64,000 nucleotides of DNA from Octopus vulgaris. Lineage: Eukaryota. The position numbers and the translations under genes were made by a program. The DNA lies in the NCBI GenBank assembly GCA_951406725.2, contig OX597833.1, forward strand, positions 44,454,001 to 44,518,000, given 5' to 3'. Each line of letters opens with the position of its first letter. Position 1 is the stretch's first letter. This document shows, in pieces, positions 39,920 through 52,292 of the stretch. Below the pieces are notes generated by a model. It did not search any database, was not told where the DNA came from, and worked only from the letters and a program-made list of their open reading frames with translations.

Positions 39920-42145
39920 AATCACCTTTAACAGAGAGTTCCTTTGTTGTGGAGGGTGAGATAATCAGGATTTGAAACTCTAGTACTGCAATATATAGTA
40001 AATATGTCTCGTCTAAAGTAAGTTTGTCAACTTCTTTTAATCTCCTACTGCAACTACAGATATGTCGTAGACATGTCTAGTCAATACTCTATCAACATTG
40101 TACCACCTACTGAAGATTGTACCTACGCTTCATTCCATTGTACCTACGCTTCATTCCATCTTCAATTTAAAGTATCTCAAAATGTACTCATTCTTTAATC
40201 CTGAAATTCGAAATTGCTTGTTCATTTGCTGATAACAGGGAACCTATGAGGTGATAAACTTGCCCTTGAACTTTGACCTCGACATAAATTCATGTTTATC
40301 TATCTTTTTTGATGCACCAAACGATGTCATTTGAAATACAGAATTGTATTGTCTGATATCGTCCAGAAAATCCTTTGACTGGATGGAAGTGCCTTCTAGA
40401 AGATTCATAAGCAGTTGAGAAGGAGCTGGTAGTGCTGGCAATGTTATCTGACCACCTGAGCAGCATATTGCATTTGTTTCATTTGAAAATTTTAAAGCCC
40501 TACATTAACGACAATTTGTATTTACCACACCAATTTGGGCAGTTATCATTTTTATAAGAATAGAATGGATCGTGTCTGAAAACAGCTTCAGGAGTTGTGA
40601 AGAATGAATTTGTACGTAGTCTGTTTCTGAGAGCTATTCTACTGGACCTCTGTCTAATCATTAAAACATTGATTTAATGATCCGGCATTAAGTGCTGCAA
40701 CATGCATTTGCTGATATTGAGAAAATCTCATCTCTCTTCAGACTCTTGCCTTCGGTTTTCTACAATCCTCCTTGTTTTATACTTGTTTCTAGAGAGATTA
40801 TTTCTTTTCTGTGTTTCTCCTGCTCATTCTGTAAAAATTTATTTCGAGAGAGCAGAAATTGAAAGAAGAGAAAGCGAAAAGAACAGAGAAAGAAAGTGAA
40901 AGATGCATGTACGTCTATATGAAATGGACGTATATGTGTGTGTATGCGTGCGTGCGCGTGTGTGTGAGAGAAAGAGAGTAAAACGAGAGATAGAGTGAGT
41001 GAGTGAAGGTGTGTGTCGTGATGATTGATGTCTTTTAAGGTACACATAGAAAATGTGACGTCATCGTATAGCATGTTTACGATAGTTAATTTATGGAAAA
41101 GATTATAATGTTAAATTTTTGAAATGCAAATATGTGAATGGAGGTTAAGTTTAATTTGTAGCTGAAATAGTACTGAATCTTTTGATGTTCCATACGTGAA
41201 AATCTGTAACTCGGTTTTGGAATGCATAAGGAATGTATATATATATAGGACAGACTACTTTCAAACTGAAAGTATTATCTCACATTACAATAGAGACATA
41301 ATACTGAAATAGAGTAAGATATTAAAGATTGCTCTGGACTCGCCATTAGGCAAGAAGCTGGAAATGTTTTTGGTTCACGACATTGCATGGATCTTGGCTT
41401 TTGTATTTGACGATTGTTACATTAAATATTTTATTTCGATTTTATGTATATATGTATGAGCCAATGAGGGAGACCTCTACATAGTAGCTATACCTGTTCG
41501 AAATAGCAGCCAAATCTCCCTCAAAACACCCTACTGTCTTAATCCGACAATTCTACCTATTATGAAGTTTGAATGAGAAACTGTAACTAAAGATTAATAT
41601 TATTAACCTCAAAATTTCCCGCATTATAATAGCAATTAATTTTTTTCTCTTTTTGCGTAGTTTTCATATCAGCTGTAAAGGTGAAGAGGGTTAACTTGGA
41701 CGGTGTTAAGCAGTGGAGATGTTTGGTGATTCAATGGGGTGGTTACTTTTGACAGTTTCTTCTCAATAAGGATAATTGATTGATAACGAATCTCAACACA
41801 ATATATATACTACCACTTCAAGTGGAATTGGATGTCATTAGAGAGACAGCATAGCGACGGTTTTGGCTGAATGTCATCCTGTACTCCCCTTGCTGTTAGC
41901 AAAATGGTATGTGCCGGCTGTCTCAGCAACTGGTTGATCTTAATGGCGGAACAAACAGGACAAAAAGATTACAAAAATGGCGATTCTCACCTTGAAACTA
42001 TTTTGAAAATCTTTTTAGAATACGGAACGCCCCGCTCTCTCATGTATCCATTTTTAAAGTTTCAGCGCGATCGGATGAACAATACTGGAGTTATGAGCAC
42101 ACAAACAGACAGACAGACAGAAAGAACGGATTTTATATATTAAGA
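39920..42145 (-). mobile_element. Helitron 5' portion with a decayed Rep N-terminal region
   Basis: Minus-strand 5' end TCttaatatataaaa plus (CTGT)n at 42145. Peptide FLDDIRQYNSVFQMTSFGA and an upstream Cys cluster are typical of the Helitron Rep/helicase N-terminus. Confidence 0.8.
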
Positions 42146-42442
42146 TTAACACAGAGATACATGGAAATTGCGCAACTATAACACTGTAGAATTATAAATA
42201 TAACTCGTAAAGAACAAAAGAATGTTAAAATAAATTGCCTAAAACATGAATAGAAAGAAAACACTATTTTCTATCTTCAAAGTAGCCAAGAATAAGAAAA
42301 TGCATAACAGTGGCTCAGTATATTGTTGAGAGAAAATTTAAATATAGTCGCTAGTAAACACAGATTTAACAAAGACTGAATACAAGAGACGCGACAAACT
42401 TGGAAATTACGTTTACTGGAAGTTATGTTAACTTCATATAAT

Positions 42443-42860
42443 CCTTTCTATATTGGGCACGACACCTGACATTTTGGTGTGGTGGGGGCTAGTCGATTAC
42501 ATATTAAATGGTACTTATTTCATCGGCCCCGAAAGGATAATAGGTAAAGTCTACCTAGGTGGAATTTTAACTCAGAACGTAAAAGGACAAAACACTGCAA
42601 AGCGTTTCTTGACGGCGTGCTAACGATTCTGCCAGCTCGCTGTCTTAGTGATTTTATATGTTCCTTACTACTAAAGGTGGGAAATTTAGCGGACAAGTCG
42701 ATTACATCAACTGCAGAGTTTCACTGGTACTCAATTTATCGACCCCGAAAAGATAAAAGACAAAATCGACCTCTGCGGCATTTGAACTCAGAACGTAGCG
42801 ACGTGCGACATACAGCAAAGCAATTTCGTGCAGCTTGCTAACAATTCTGTTAGCTCACTG
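42443..42860 (-). mobile_element. Two tandem Meta-domain-like SINEs (paralog of 17018-17445)
   Basis: atttatcgaccccgaaaag...gaactcagaacgta motifs. Confidence 0.7.
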
Positions 42861-43289
42861 CATTAATGCCTTTATATAATACAAACAAAAATTAGGTAGT
42901 GTAAACTATATCAGAAAAAGTCTTTTGCGAGTAACAAAAGCAACAGTCTGGGATGTGTCAGTTCACATAACCCTGGAGATCAACGTTAATGGACACTGAT
43001 ACATTCAAAGGCTGCCAGGAAAGAAACTGCTTTTTGATATAAGATACCAGCCTCACCAATAGATAATTCATTTCTAAACGAAATGGAGAAGTGTTCTAAA
43101 TATACAGGCGCAGGAGTGGCTGTGTGGTAAGTAGCTTGCTTACCAGCCACATGGTTCCGGGTTCAGTCCCACTGCGTGGCACCTTGGGCAAGTGTCTTCT
43201 ACTATAGCCTCGGGCCGACCAAAGCCTCGTGAGTAGATTTGGTAGACGGAAGCTAAAAGAAGCCCGTCGTATATATGTATATATATATA

Positions 43290-43672
43290 TCTCTTATTAT
43301 AAAAGGCAGATTTTATCTGCCTCCCTTTGTCAGTTATAGAAATCTACAATATAGGATTTCTTCAATTACAATTTACTTAGCATTTTTAAGAGTAGAATGC
43401 ATCGGGTTTTGCCAGGTCCACTTTTTAAAATTTAAACTCCAATTAAGCAAAATTTACAGAAAACTCACATTCTGGTGTGTATGTCAAATGCTTTTCTTAA
43501 CATGTTTTACACCACACGCACACGCACACACACAGTGTGCAAGGAATAAAATGGAAGTAATTCACCTTTTGTAGTGAGTGACTCTTTCAGTCTGCCACTT
43601 CCTCTTTACACACATAGACACGCAAATATATAAATAAAATTGTAAGCTAACGTGCGTGTGTGTGAGTGTGTG

Positions 43673-43724
<52 letters not shown>

Positions 43725-45387
43725 CGTGTGCGTGAGTGTGTGACAGGAAAGTATTTTAGGACGAATATAAGACCTATATCGGCGATGTTTCGCTTGTCGT
43801 AGCACAGGTTTCCGTCGATTTCCGTAAAAAAATTATTTTTTTACATAAGTAATGAGAGCGAAAGAGACTAAGAGAAAGCGATTGTATGACGAGAGAAGTT
43901 CTTTTGAAGTTACCGTGCATGGGACGCATTGATGTACATGTGTGTGTGTGTGTGTTTGATGGAGTGTGGGAGACAGACAGTATGTTGTGTAAGTGAAGTG
44001 CTTCTGTTAGTGTGTGTGAAGAGACAGAGAGAGTAATGTGTGAAAGAGAGAGATAACTGAAATTTTTTACTCGGTTTATGTGTATATGTATGTATGCATG
44101 TATGTGTGTGTGTGTATGTATGTGTGTGTGTATGTATGTATGTATGTATGGCCGATTCAGTGTTTACATTTTTTACGGAAATCGACGGAAACGTGTGCTA
44201 CGACAAGCGAAACATCGCCCCTATATCCAAGTAGCAGAAAGATCGCCCAAAAGTGTATATAGATATATAAATGTATTTATATATTCATCTATGCACACAT
44301 GTATGTATAACGTGTGTGTATATATTTCCATAGAGGTAACCATTCACTCCATACAAAGTTTTTTAGCACGAAAATAAGATCTAAAGTTATCTCTAAGAAA
44401 CAGAAAGATCGCCCAAAAGTGTATATAGATATTTAAATGTATTTATATATTCATCTATACACACATGTATGTATAATGTGCGTGTATATATTTCCATAGA
44501 GGTAACCATTCAATCCATACAAAGTTTTTTAGGACGAAAATATTTATATATAAAAGAAAGGTTGTGTGTCTGTCTACTCCGATTTAGATTCCTAACTACT
44601 CCCACATTTTGCGATGCAGTTTAACCAAAACCGGGTATCTTATAGTCGTGATTCATATCGAGCCCTTCTGGGTATTAGCGCGCGTCTACGATGAGTCTAT
44701 GATTTTACAAATAATTTACCATCATTTTTTTCCATTTTAATGCATATTTTTTAAAATAAACGGAAGTAACTCTCAAACTTCACACCAATATGCGTGCTCA
44801 TATGCGACGTAATATCACATCAGCAGCATTTCCTCACACCCTCCTTGCACTTGGCGAAGGCAAAATACCAGGGGATGAAAATGGTAATATTGCCATCGAT
44901 TCCATTTGTACCATTGTTAAGACGCCTTCTGATCTCAGAGATGCAGTGTTCCCAGATCTACAAGCTAATTATCAGAATATGGATTGGATTGGCAAAAAGG
45001 CTATACTGGCCCCGAGGAATAAAACTGTTCACCATATTAATGATGAAATGCTAAAACTCATTCCTGGGGAAGTCTATGTATATCAGTCTATCGATACAAC
45101 TCCTGACCCAGAGGACGTCATCAACTATCCAATAGAGGTACTCAATTCCTTTGAGCATCCCGGACTACCACCACACTTTCTCAAACTTAAAGTTGGTGCC
45201 CCTATAATGCTCATCAGAAATTTGGTGCCCCAAAAACAATGCAATGGCACACGTTTGATCGTTAAGTCCTTATCTCCCACCGTAAGCTTATATCAATATT
45301 TGCCTGAATAATCATCATAATTCAGTGCAATCATTAACAGTACTTTCAAGCAATTCAGCCCCGAGCAACGCCGGGCAATTCTGCTAG
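43290..45387 (+). mobile_element. Composite non-autonomous Helitron carrying a PIF1-helicase fragment
   Basis: 5' TCtcttattataaaa; 3' cccgagcaacgccggg hairpin plus CTAG; second internal 5'-end-like module at about 44545. Confidence 0.88.
44790..45283 (+). pseudogene. Helitron PIF1-like helicase fragment (uninterrupted for about 165 codons)
   Basis: AILAPRN...YPIEVLNS...GLPPHFLKLKVGAPIMLIRNL...CNGTRLIV; lacks Walker A and the Rep domain. Confidence 0.9.
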
Positions 45388-45388
45388 T

Positions 45389-45502
<114 letters not shown>

Positions 45503-46558
45503 ATCTGTGTGTGTGTATTTGTGTGTCTGTGTTTGTCCGACCAACATCGCTTGACAACTGATACTGGTGTGTTTACGTCCCCGTAACTTAGCGGTTCGGT
45601 AAAAGTGACCGATAGAACAAGTACTAGGCTTACAAAGAATAAGTCCTGGGGTCGATTTGATCGACTAAAGGCGGTGCTCCAACATGGCCGCACTCAAATG
45701 ACTGAAACACGTAAAAGAGTAAAGAGTAAAGAGTAAATGAAATAAGCGACACTTAGAATGTGAGAGATGAAAACAGAAATAATCGCTATAATAAAATTCT
45801 TAGGAGGGATTTAAAAAGAAATATCAGAAACCTAAGTTAATCAATATACAGAAAATACTCAGGGACGCTTACTTGCAGAAAACTTAGTAGTGATGTAGTT
45901 CATAGTAAACTTCTTATGGCAATTCAAGATATTATAATTAAAATTTAAACCCTTTCTTGTCATAATAAATAATTCTATAAATAATTAATTTCAGTCACTG
46001 CTAAATAAAGATAAAAAAGCGGCGACAACCCAATATTTTGATTAAAATCAATTCTATATATAGACTGTACTAAAGCAGGGGTTCAGTCTTTATTTGTACT
46101 GGAAAAACAGAAAAACTACTTCGGTTTTATTACACATCGTCTGCGAATCTTAGGATAATAGTAACTGATAGTCGTGGAATGACGAGAAGATATATAGCTA
46201 CACGAATTTCGTTGTTTATGCAATAAATTGTTCTTGTTACAAATTTAATTTTGACTAATTAATTTTTTTTTCTGTTTTTTGTTGGGTTTTTTTTTTTGTT
46301 TGTTTGTTTTTTGTCTTTCTACATCACTTATCCCAGTGTCTGTTCCAGTCTACAGGAAAAAGAACACCTAGGTACTTTACACAGTACATAGATTATTTCC
46401 ATTGTAATATGATACGGAAAACCAAAGGATTTTGGCATGTGGAAAATATGGCACAAACCAAAGTCCACAAATTTGGTCTCAACAGTGCTGTAGAAATACG
46501 CAATAGAAATTAAAATCCTGAAAATTAATAGTAATTAGGTAAGCCAAATAACACTAAC

Positions 46559-46749
46559 CTTTAATCATCTTCCTTGTTTATAAGCTTTATATGAACAAAC
46601 TTTTACTGCTTCGCAAGTGGGGTTTGCTTTCCAACACGTATTGTACATGCACTAATCTAACTTCGTTTTGTTGGAGTTTGAAGTCAAAATAATTATACAC
46701 CACATGTCACCCCAACTTCAATACCGTCAGCTGGTGTCATTTATAGAAT
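46559..46749 (-). pseudogene. Orphan pseudo-exon P2 homologous to exon 2, with internal deletion
   Basis: TPADGIEVG, DFKLQQNEVRLVHVQY and TCWKANPTCEAVKVCSY fragments; central part missing; donor AAAG|gttagt. Confidence 0.85.
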
Positions 46750-47154
46750 CTAAATAAAAAAAGCAAAGAGAAACATATAAATCAGAGAAATATATAATCG
46801 CAGTTGTATTTCAAAGGCGAAGAAAACGATAATAGTATGGAGAGCAATGGCATTGAAAAGGTGAATGAGTGAATGACAATCGTAGTCTCTCGTACTCCGG
46901 GAAAGAAGGTTCTGCAGTTTGTTGCTGGAAAAACCTGCACAAAGAATTTGTTTATAATGATCAAACGTATGTAATGTACTTTTATACCCTTAAAACGATC
47001 GGATATCTAATTCAACGAAGTGGACATAATATCAATGTCTTCACAAGACGTAATTTTTATTTCTCTGTTTACAAAACGCAAGTTTTCAAAAACGCCCTTT
47101 GGCGTAATTAACGATATAACAATCCGATTAGTCAACACAGATGAGTGTTAATGT

Positions 47155-48130
47155 CAATCACATTTCTTCTTTTGAGATTGACTTCTGTTGGAAGTGAATA
47201 TTTTATTCTCCACCACATCACTCTTTTTGAGATTTACTTCCATTTGAAACTCAATATTTTTTTTTCGATTTGGAACCATTTCGTATGCTTTCTTTTTCTT
47301 GTACTGTTATGTCTTAATTCGACGATTTCTTGTGGAGTTGTCACATTAAAAATATCGTAGAGGACTTCCATGGGTACTTTCCTCGAAACACTTTCTTCCG
47401 CAAACCTTTTCAACTGATTTTAAGTGTCTTTTATTCTCCCATTTCGAATCTTTCACCACGTGTCTCATTTTACCGACCTGTTTTCTTATTTTGCCGCTTT
47501 CCCAACCTTCTTTTCCATTTCTGTACATTCTTTAAACACCTTATCACCAGGTTTAAAATACTTGGTCGTATCTTGAGTGTTTTCCCTAGTTTTTAGTTTT
47601 CTTCCAGGTAATAACTTGTCAAAAGCCGTGAATTGTGTACCGTTATCGGAGATTATGCTATGCGGCTATCCGGGACACTACACCAAACAAAAGGTTCGTG
47701 TTGAAATTCGACTGCTACCGTGGAGGTCGGATTGTCACATTTACACATTTCTGGCCATTTTTTTAATTAGCTATCTACCACTATTAGGTAATATGATCAG
47801 TTTAACGGTCCTGTGAAGTCTGTGTGTAGCCTGGTCCATGGTATATCGGCCTTGGGTCAAGGTTGAAATTTATTAGGTAGTGATTTCGCTGCAAGAGCAC
47901 AACTTCTGAAGGATGTTACCAACTTCTCAATACATTATCGATACATTATCGCCCAGTAAGTATAACTCCTCATAAGCGACTTCGTACTAGAAATTCCTGG
48001 ATGTACAGTGTGGAATTTCTTTAACATTCGATTTTTTAGCGAGGCAGGCGTTCCAACCCTCTGTGCGTACATAAGCATATTATCACAAATCGAATACAAA
48101 TTCGAAGCGGTGTTTCGTCCGGCCACATTA
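47155..48130 (-). mobile_element. Gypsy integrase remnant, older paralog of 20975-21800
   Basis: TPASLKNRMLKKFHTVHPGISSTKSLMRSYTYW; colinear with 20975-21800 but more diverged. Confidence 0.85.
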
Positions 48131-48373
48131 TTATACACACACACACATGCACACATATATGTGTGTGTGTGTGTGTGTATGCATAACTAACATGTAACTG
48201 AGAACCGTTGGCTCTTCTGAGTCCATCCGCCCTTTCACAGATCTGATATTCATCCCACCAGGTGTTCAAAATCACCACGCAAGCTTGTGGTGTTATCGGT
48301 GTATTGGCCTACGTTTTGACCATTCAGCATGTTGTACTGGGATGCGTTAGAAGTAGCACTCAAGAGCTACCCT

Positions 48374-48416
<43 letters not shown>

Positions 48417-48424
48417 GCGTGCGC

Positions 48425-48462
<38 letters not shown>

Positions 48463-49161
48463 GTGAGTATTATCTAGAAATCCGAGTGTAGCAAGTTAAT
48501 TAGCTTCAAGCAATAATAAAATAATAGTAAATTTTTAAAATAATTATTCTCGGCTGCAATATTTTAAGTACAGTAGAATTTAAATTTTAAGTACTTTTTA
48601 GTTTCCTTTACAAGTGACAAATTAGGTAAATTCTACTGTAGAAATCTTGTTTTGTACTTTTCCAGATGTAATAACTTGAGAATATTAACATGCATACGCC
48701 CGCATTTTCCATTGTAATATAGAAATACCAGCGATAATAATTAATTTATTTTATCGCAATTTGATTTGTTTACATATTTCTCGATAAATTTTGGAGCGTT
48801 AGACAATATACCAGAAATCCCTAGTTTTGTCGGGACGTTCTGAGTCTGCGCAGTGATCTGATTAGTTAGAGAGAGCAAATCATTAGAAGCACATGCTTCT
48901 AGTGAGTTAGGATCTCAGAACAACAGGGCTCTTACCGATGAATTCTCCCTGAGCAAATAAATTATATTTATTGCTGAAAAGAACGAAACTGCAGTCTAAG
49001 AGTAACCGAGTTAGTAAATGTTTTTATCTTCATTTCACTAAATTTATCTAGCTTCTGTGTTTCAGGCACATATTTCGCCTTAATGTACTGATATATGAAA
49101 AATATATGGCTTGTGCTAGAAATACCAGCGATAATAATTAATTTATTTTATCGCAATTTGA

Positions 49162-49202
<41 letters not shown>

Positions 49203-49321
49203 ACAATAAAGGAACGGCCATAATAGGCCATTCACCCACTAGAAATAACAGCCAAAGCTTCAACCGCAAATAAAAGTTAATTCAGTAAACCAGGAGAAAA
49301 TTTAAAAACATTTACCCTGTA

Positions 49322-49428
49322 ATTTCTTATACGATATACCGTTTCATCTGCTGATTAATGGTAAACTAACCTGATTAAATTAAATCAAGCCAATCTTCCA
49401 CAGGCCCTCAGATTCTTCAGTAAGAAAT
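49322..49428 (-). ncRNA. Type I hammerhead ribozyme, copy 1
   Basis: Reverse complement of the motif at 50566-50672. Confidence 0.88.
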
Positions 49429-49813
49429 AGCCCAAGACGGAACAGATATTTTCACGAGGCATTTCCGACGTTGCCAAGTTTATATCTGACCTAAAATTTT
49501 CAAATCGTCGCACTCGCGCCAAATTTATCGGCAGCAAATAAATATAAGCCGTCGATTCCATTACGGAATTAACCAGAAAATTCATAATTAATCAATATAG
49601 GGTGGCAAAAAAATTTTGTAGAATTCTTTTGCCACCAGCGGCCTAGTAGGAAAAAATTAAAATAGTCATAGACCATTTTTAAGTTCAACATCAACAATAA
49701 AGGAACGGCCATAATAGGCCATTCACCCACTAGAAATAACAGCCAAAGCTTCAACCGCAAATAAAAGTTAATTCAGAAAACCAGGAGAAAATTTAAAAAA
49801 CATTTACCCTGTA

Positions 49814-49920
49814 ATTTCTTATACGATATACCGTTTCATCTGCTGATTAATGGTAAACTAACCTGATTAAATTAAATCAAGCCAATCTTCCACAGGCCCT
49901 CAGATTCTTCAGTAAGAAAT
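49814..49920 (-). ncRNA. Type I hammerhead ribozyme, copy 2
   Basis: Reverse complement of the motif at 50566-50672. Confidence 0.88.
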
Positions 49921-50302
49921 AGCCCAAGACGGAACAGATATTTTCACGAGGCATTTCCGACGTTGCCAAGTTTATATCTGACCTAAAATTTTCAAATCGT
50001 CGCACTCGCGCCAAATTTATCGGCAGCAAATAAATATAAGCCGTCGATTCCATTACGGAATTAACCAGAAAATTCATAATTAATCAATATAGGGTGGCAA
50101 AATTTTGTAGAATTCTTTTGCCACCAGCGGCCTAGTAGGAAAAAATTAAAATAGTCATAGACCATTTTTAAGTTCAACATCAACAATAAAGGAACGGCCA
50201 TAATAGGCCATTCACCCACTAGAAATAACAGCCAAAGCTTCAACCGCAAATAAAAGTTAATTCAGTAAACCAGGAGAAAATTTAAAAAACATTTACCCTG
50301 TA

Positions 50303-50409
50303 ATTTCTTATACGATATACCGTTTCATCTGCTGATTAATGGTAAACTAACCTGATTAAATTAAATCAAGCCAATCTTCCACAGGCCCTCAGATTCTTCA
50401 GTAAGAAAT
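50303..50409 (-). ncRNA. Type I hammerhead ribozyme, copy 3
   Basis: Reverse complement of the motif at 50566-50672. Confidence 0.88.
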
Positions 50410-50565
50410 AGCCCAAGACGGAACAGATATTTTCACGAGGCATTTCCGACGTTGCCAAGTTTATATCTGACCTAAAATTTTCAAATCGTCGCACTCGCGC
50501 CAAATTTATCGGCAGCAAATAAATATAAGCCGTCGATTCCATTACGGAATTAACCGTCTTGGGCT

Positions 50566-50672
50566 ATTTCTTACTGAAGAATCTGAGGGCCTGTGGAAGA
50601 TTGGCTTGATTTAATTTAATCAGGTTAGTTTACCATTAATCAGCAGATGAAACGGTATATCGTATAAGAAAT
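50566..50672 (+). ncRNA. Type I hammerhead ribozyme, copy 4 (inverted)
   Basis: Stem I ATTTCTTA/TAAGAAAT; core CTGAAGA at 50574-50580; stem II ATCTG...CAGAT with a long extension; GAAA at 50649-50652; stem III ACG-GTATAT-CGT; GTA triplet with predicted cleavage after 50664. Confidence 0.9.
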
Positions 50673-50918
50673 TACAGGGTAAATGTTTTTAAATTTTCTC
50701 CTGGTTTACTGAATTAACTTTTATATGCGGTTGAAGCTTTGGCTGTTATTTCTAGTGGGTGAATGGCCTATTATGGCCGTTCCTTTATTGTTGATGTTGA
50801 ACTTAAAAATGGTCTATGACTATTTTAATTTTTTCCTACTAGGCCGCTGGTGGCAAAAGAATTCTACAAAATTTTTTTTGCCACCCTATATTGATTAATA
50901 TATATATATATATATATA

Positions 50919-52212
50919 CGAGGGACGTTCAATAAGTAATGCCTCTGACCAACTTGCAGTTGTTTGATCTAGCTGAAATTTTTCATGTGCAATTATTTAT
51001 ATCTCTATAGATTAAGTGGCAAATTACAGCTCTGAACTAATTGTGGTTTCTGATTTACAGGTGTTTGAACTGAGTCAAGTGTGAAATGGAGCCTGTTGAG
51101 TGTCGAGCAGTGATCCGGTTTTTGTATTTGAAAGGAGGCACACCACGGGAGACTTTTGATGAAATGAAAGTAACTTATGGTGATGATGCCCCATCATATG
51201 ACCTTGTAAAACGCTGGCATCGTGAATTCAAACATGGTCGGAACTCTGTGGAAACAGCTCCCAGATCTGGTCACCCCCACCTTCTGCCATTCATGAGGCA
51301 TTTGTCCGTCAAGTTGAGGCTGCCATTTTGGAAGATCGACGCATAACTATTCGCCAAATAACCCATTAGGTCAAGATTAGTACCGGGTCTGTGGAAACTA
51401 TCATTCATGACCATTTGCATATGCAAAAGGTGTCTGCCAGATGGATTCCCAGGTTGCTCACACCTTTCCAGAAGCAAGAACGCGTCGAGTGCTCGAGGGT
51501 GAATTTGGAGATGTGCCAAGAAGATGAGTCAAAATTTCTCAAAAGACTGATTACACAGGATGAAACCTGGGTCCATCACTATGATCCATAGACCAAAGCC
51601 CAGTCAATGCAGTGGAAGCACCGTGACTCACCTCCTCCAAAGAAGGCAAGGGTTCAGCCCTTCGCTGGCAAGGTCATGCTCACAGTCTTCTGGGACCAGG
51701 ACGGAGTAGTGATGACAGATTTCCTGGCAATGGGTACCACAATTACAGGAGCCTATCATGCTTCACTTTTGAGGAAATTAAGAGAAGCTATCAAAATCAA
51801 GAGGCGGGGCTAGATCAGCAAAGACATCCTCCTCCTGCAGTACAACACTCCAGTTCACAACTCGCGTGTCGCCAGATCAGAAGCACAGGCGTGCGGCTAT
51901 GAACTCCTCCCCCATCCCTCTACTCTCCTGACCTTGCACCCTCAGATTTTCACCTCTTCCCATCCATGAAGTTGTTTTTGAAAGGAAAGCGTTTCCCAGA
52001 TGATGCAGCCTTGATTTCTGAAGTCACGTCGTGGTTGGAGGACCAAGCTGGGGTCTTCTACAAAAACGGTCTCCAGAGCTGCATCAAACGAGGGGAGAAA
52101 TGCGTAACTCTGGGTGGTTCCTATGTAGAAAAAGACTAATAACTGTGCCAAGTTTCGTTGCTCTACTACTGTGGGAAGTGGGTCAGGGGCATTACTTATT
52201 GAACGCCCCTCG
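50919..52212 (+). mobile_element. Full-length Mariner (DD34D), same family as 19695-20964; transposase 51086-52139 pseudogenised
   Basis: TIRs cgaggg(a/g)cgttcaataagtaatg; TA context; motifs ARWIPRLL, ITQDETW, YSPDLAPSDFHLF; frameshifts and in-frame TAG codons at about 51589 and 51811. Confidence 0.95.
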
Positions 52213-52250
<38 letters not shown>

Positions 52251-52292
52251 TAAGAAAGTTTGTTTGTGAAAGCACGTGGGTGAATATATAAG

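Larger units (their letters stand above)
49201..50899. repeat. Array of about 490-bp repeats (about 2.75 tandem units plus an inverted partial unit) bearing hammerheads
   Basis: Units start at 49201, 49692 and 50181; 50554-50899 is the reverse complement of about 50079-50421; flanked by (TA)n on both sides. Confidence 0.95.

Noticed and set aside
44790-45311. Host PIF1 helicase gene
   Set aside because: Intronless partial domain inside Helitron termini, lacking the ATPase motifs.
49385-50249. Repeated 62-66 aa ORFs in the 490-bp units
   Set aside because: Short, without recognisable motifs, and repeated only because the unit is repeated; one overlaps the ribozyme.
49201-50555. CRISPR-like or rDNA-like array
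   Set aside because: Units are long and identical with no unique spacers or cas genes, show no rRNA similarity I can see, and sit in a eukaryotic context.
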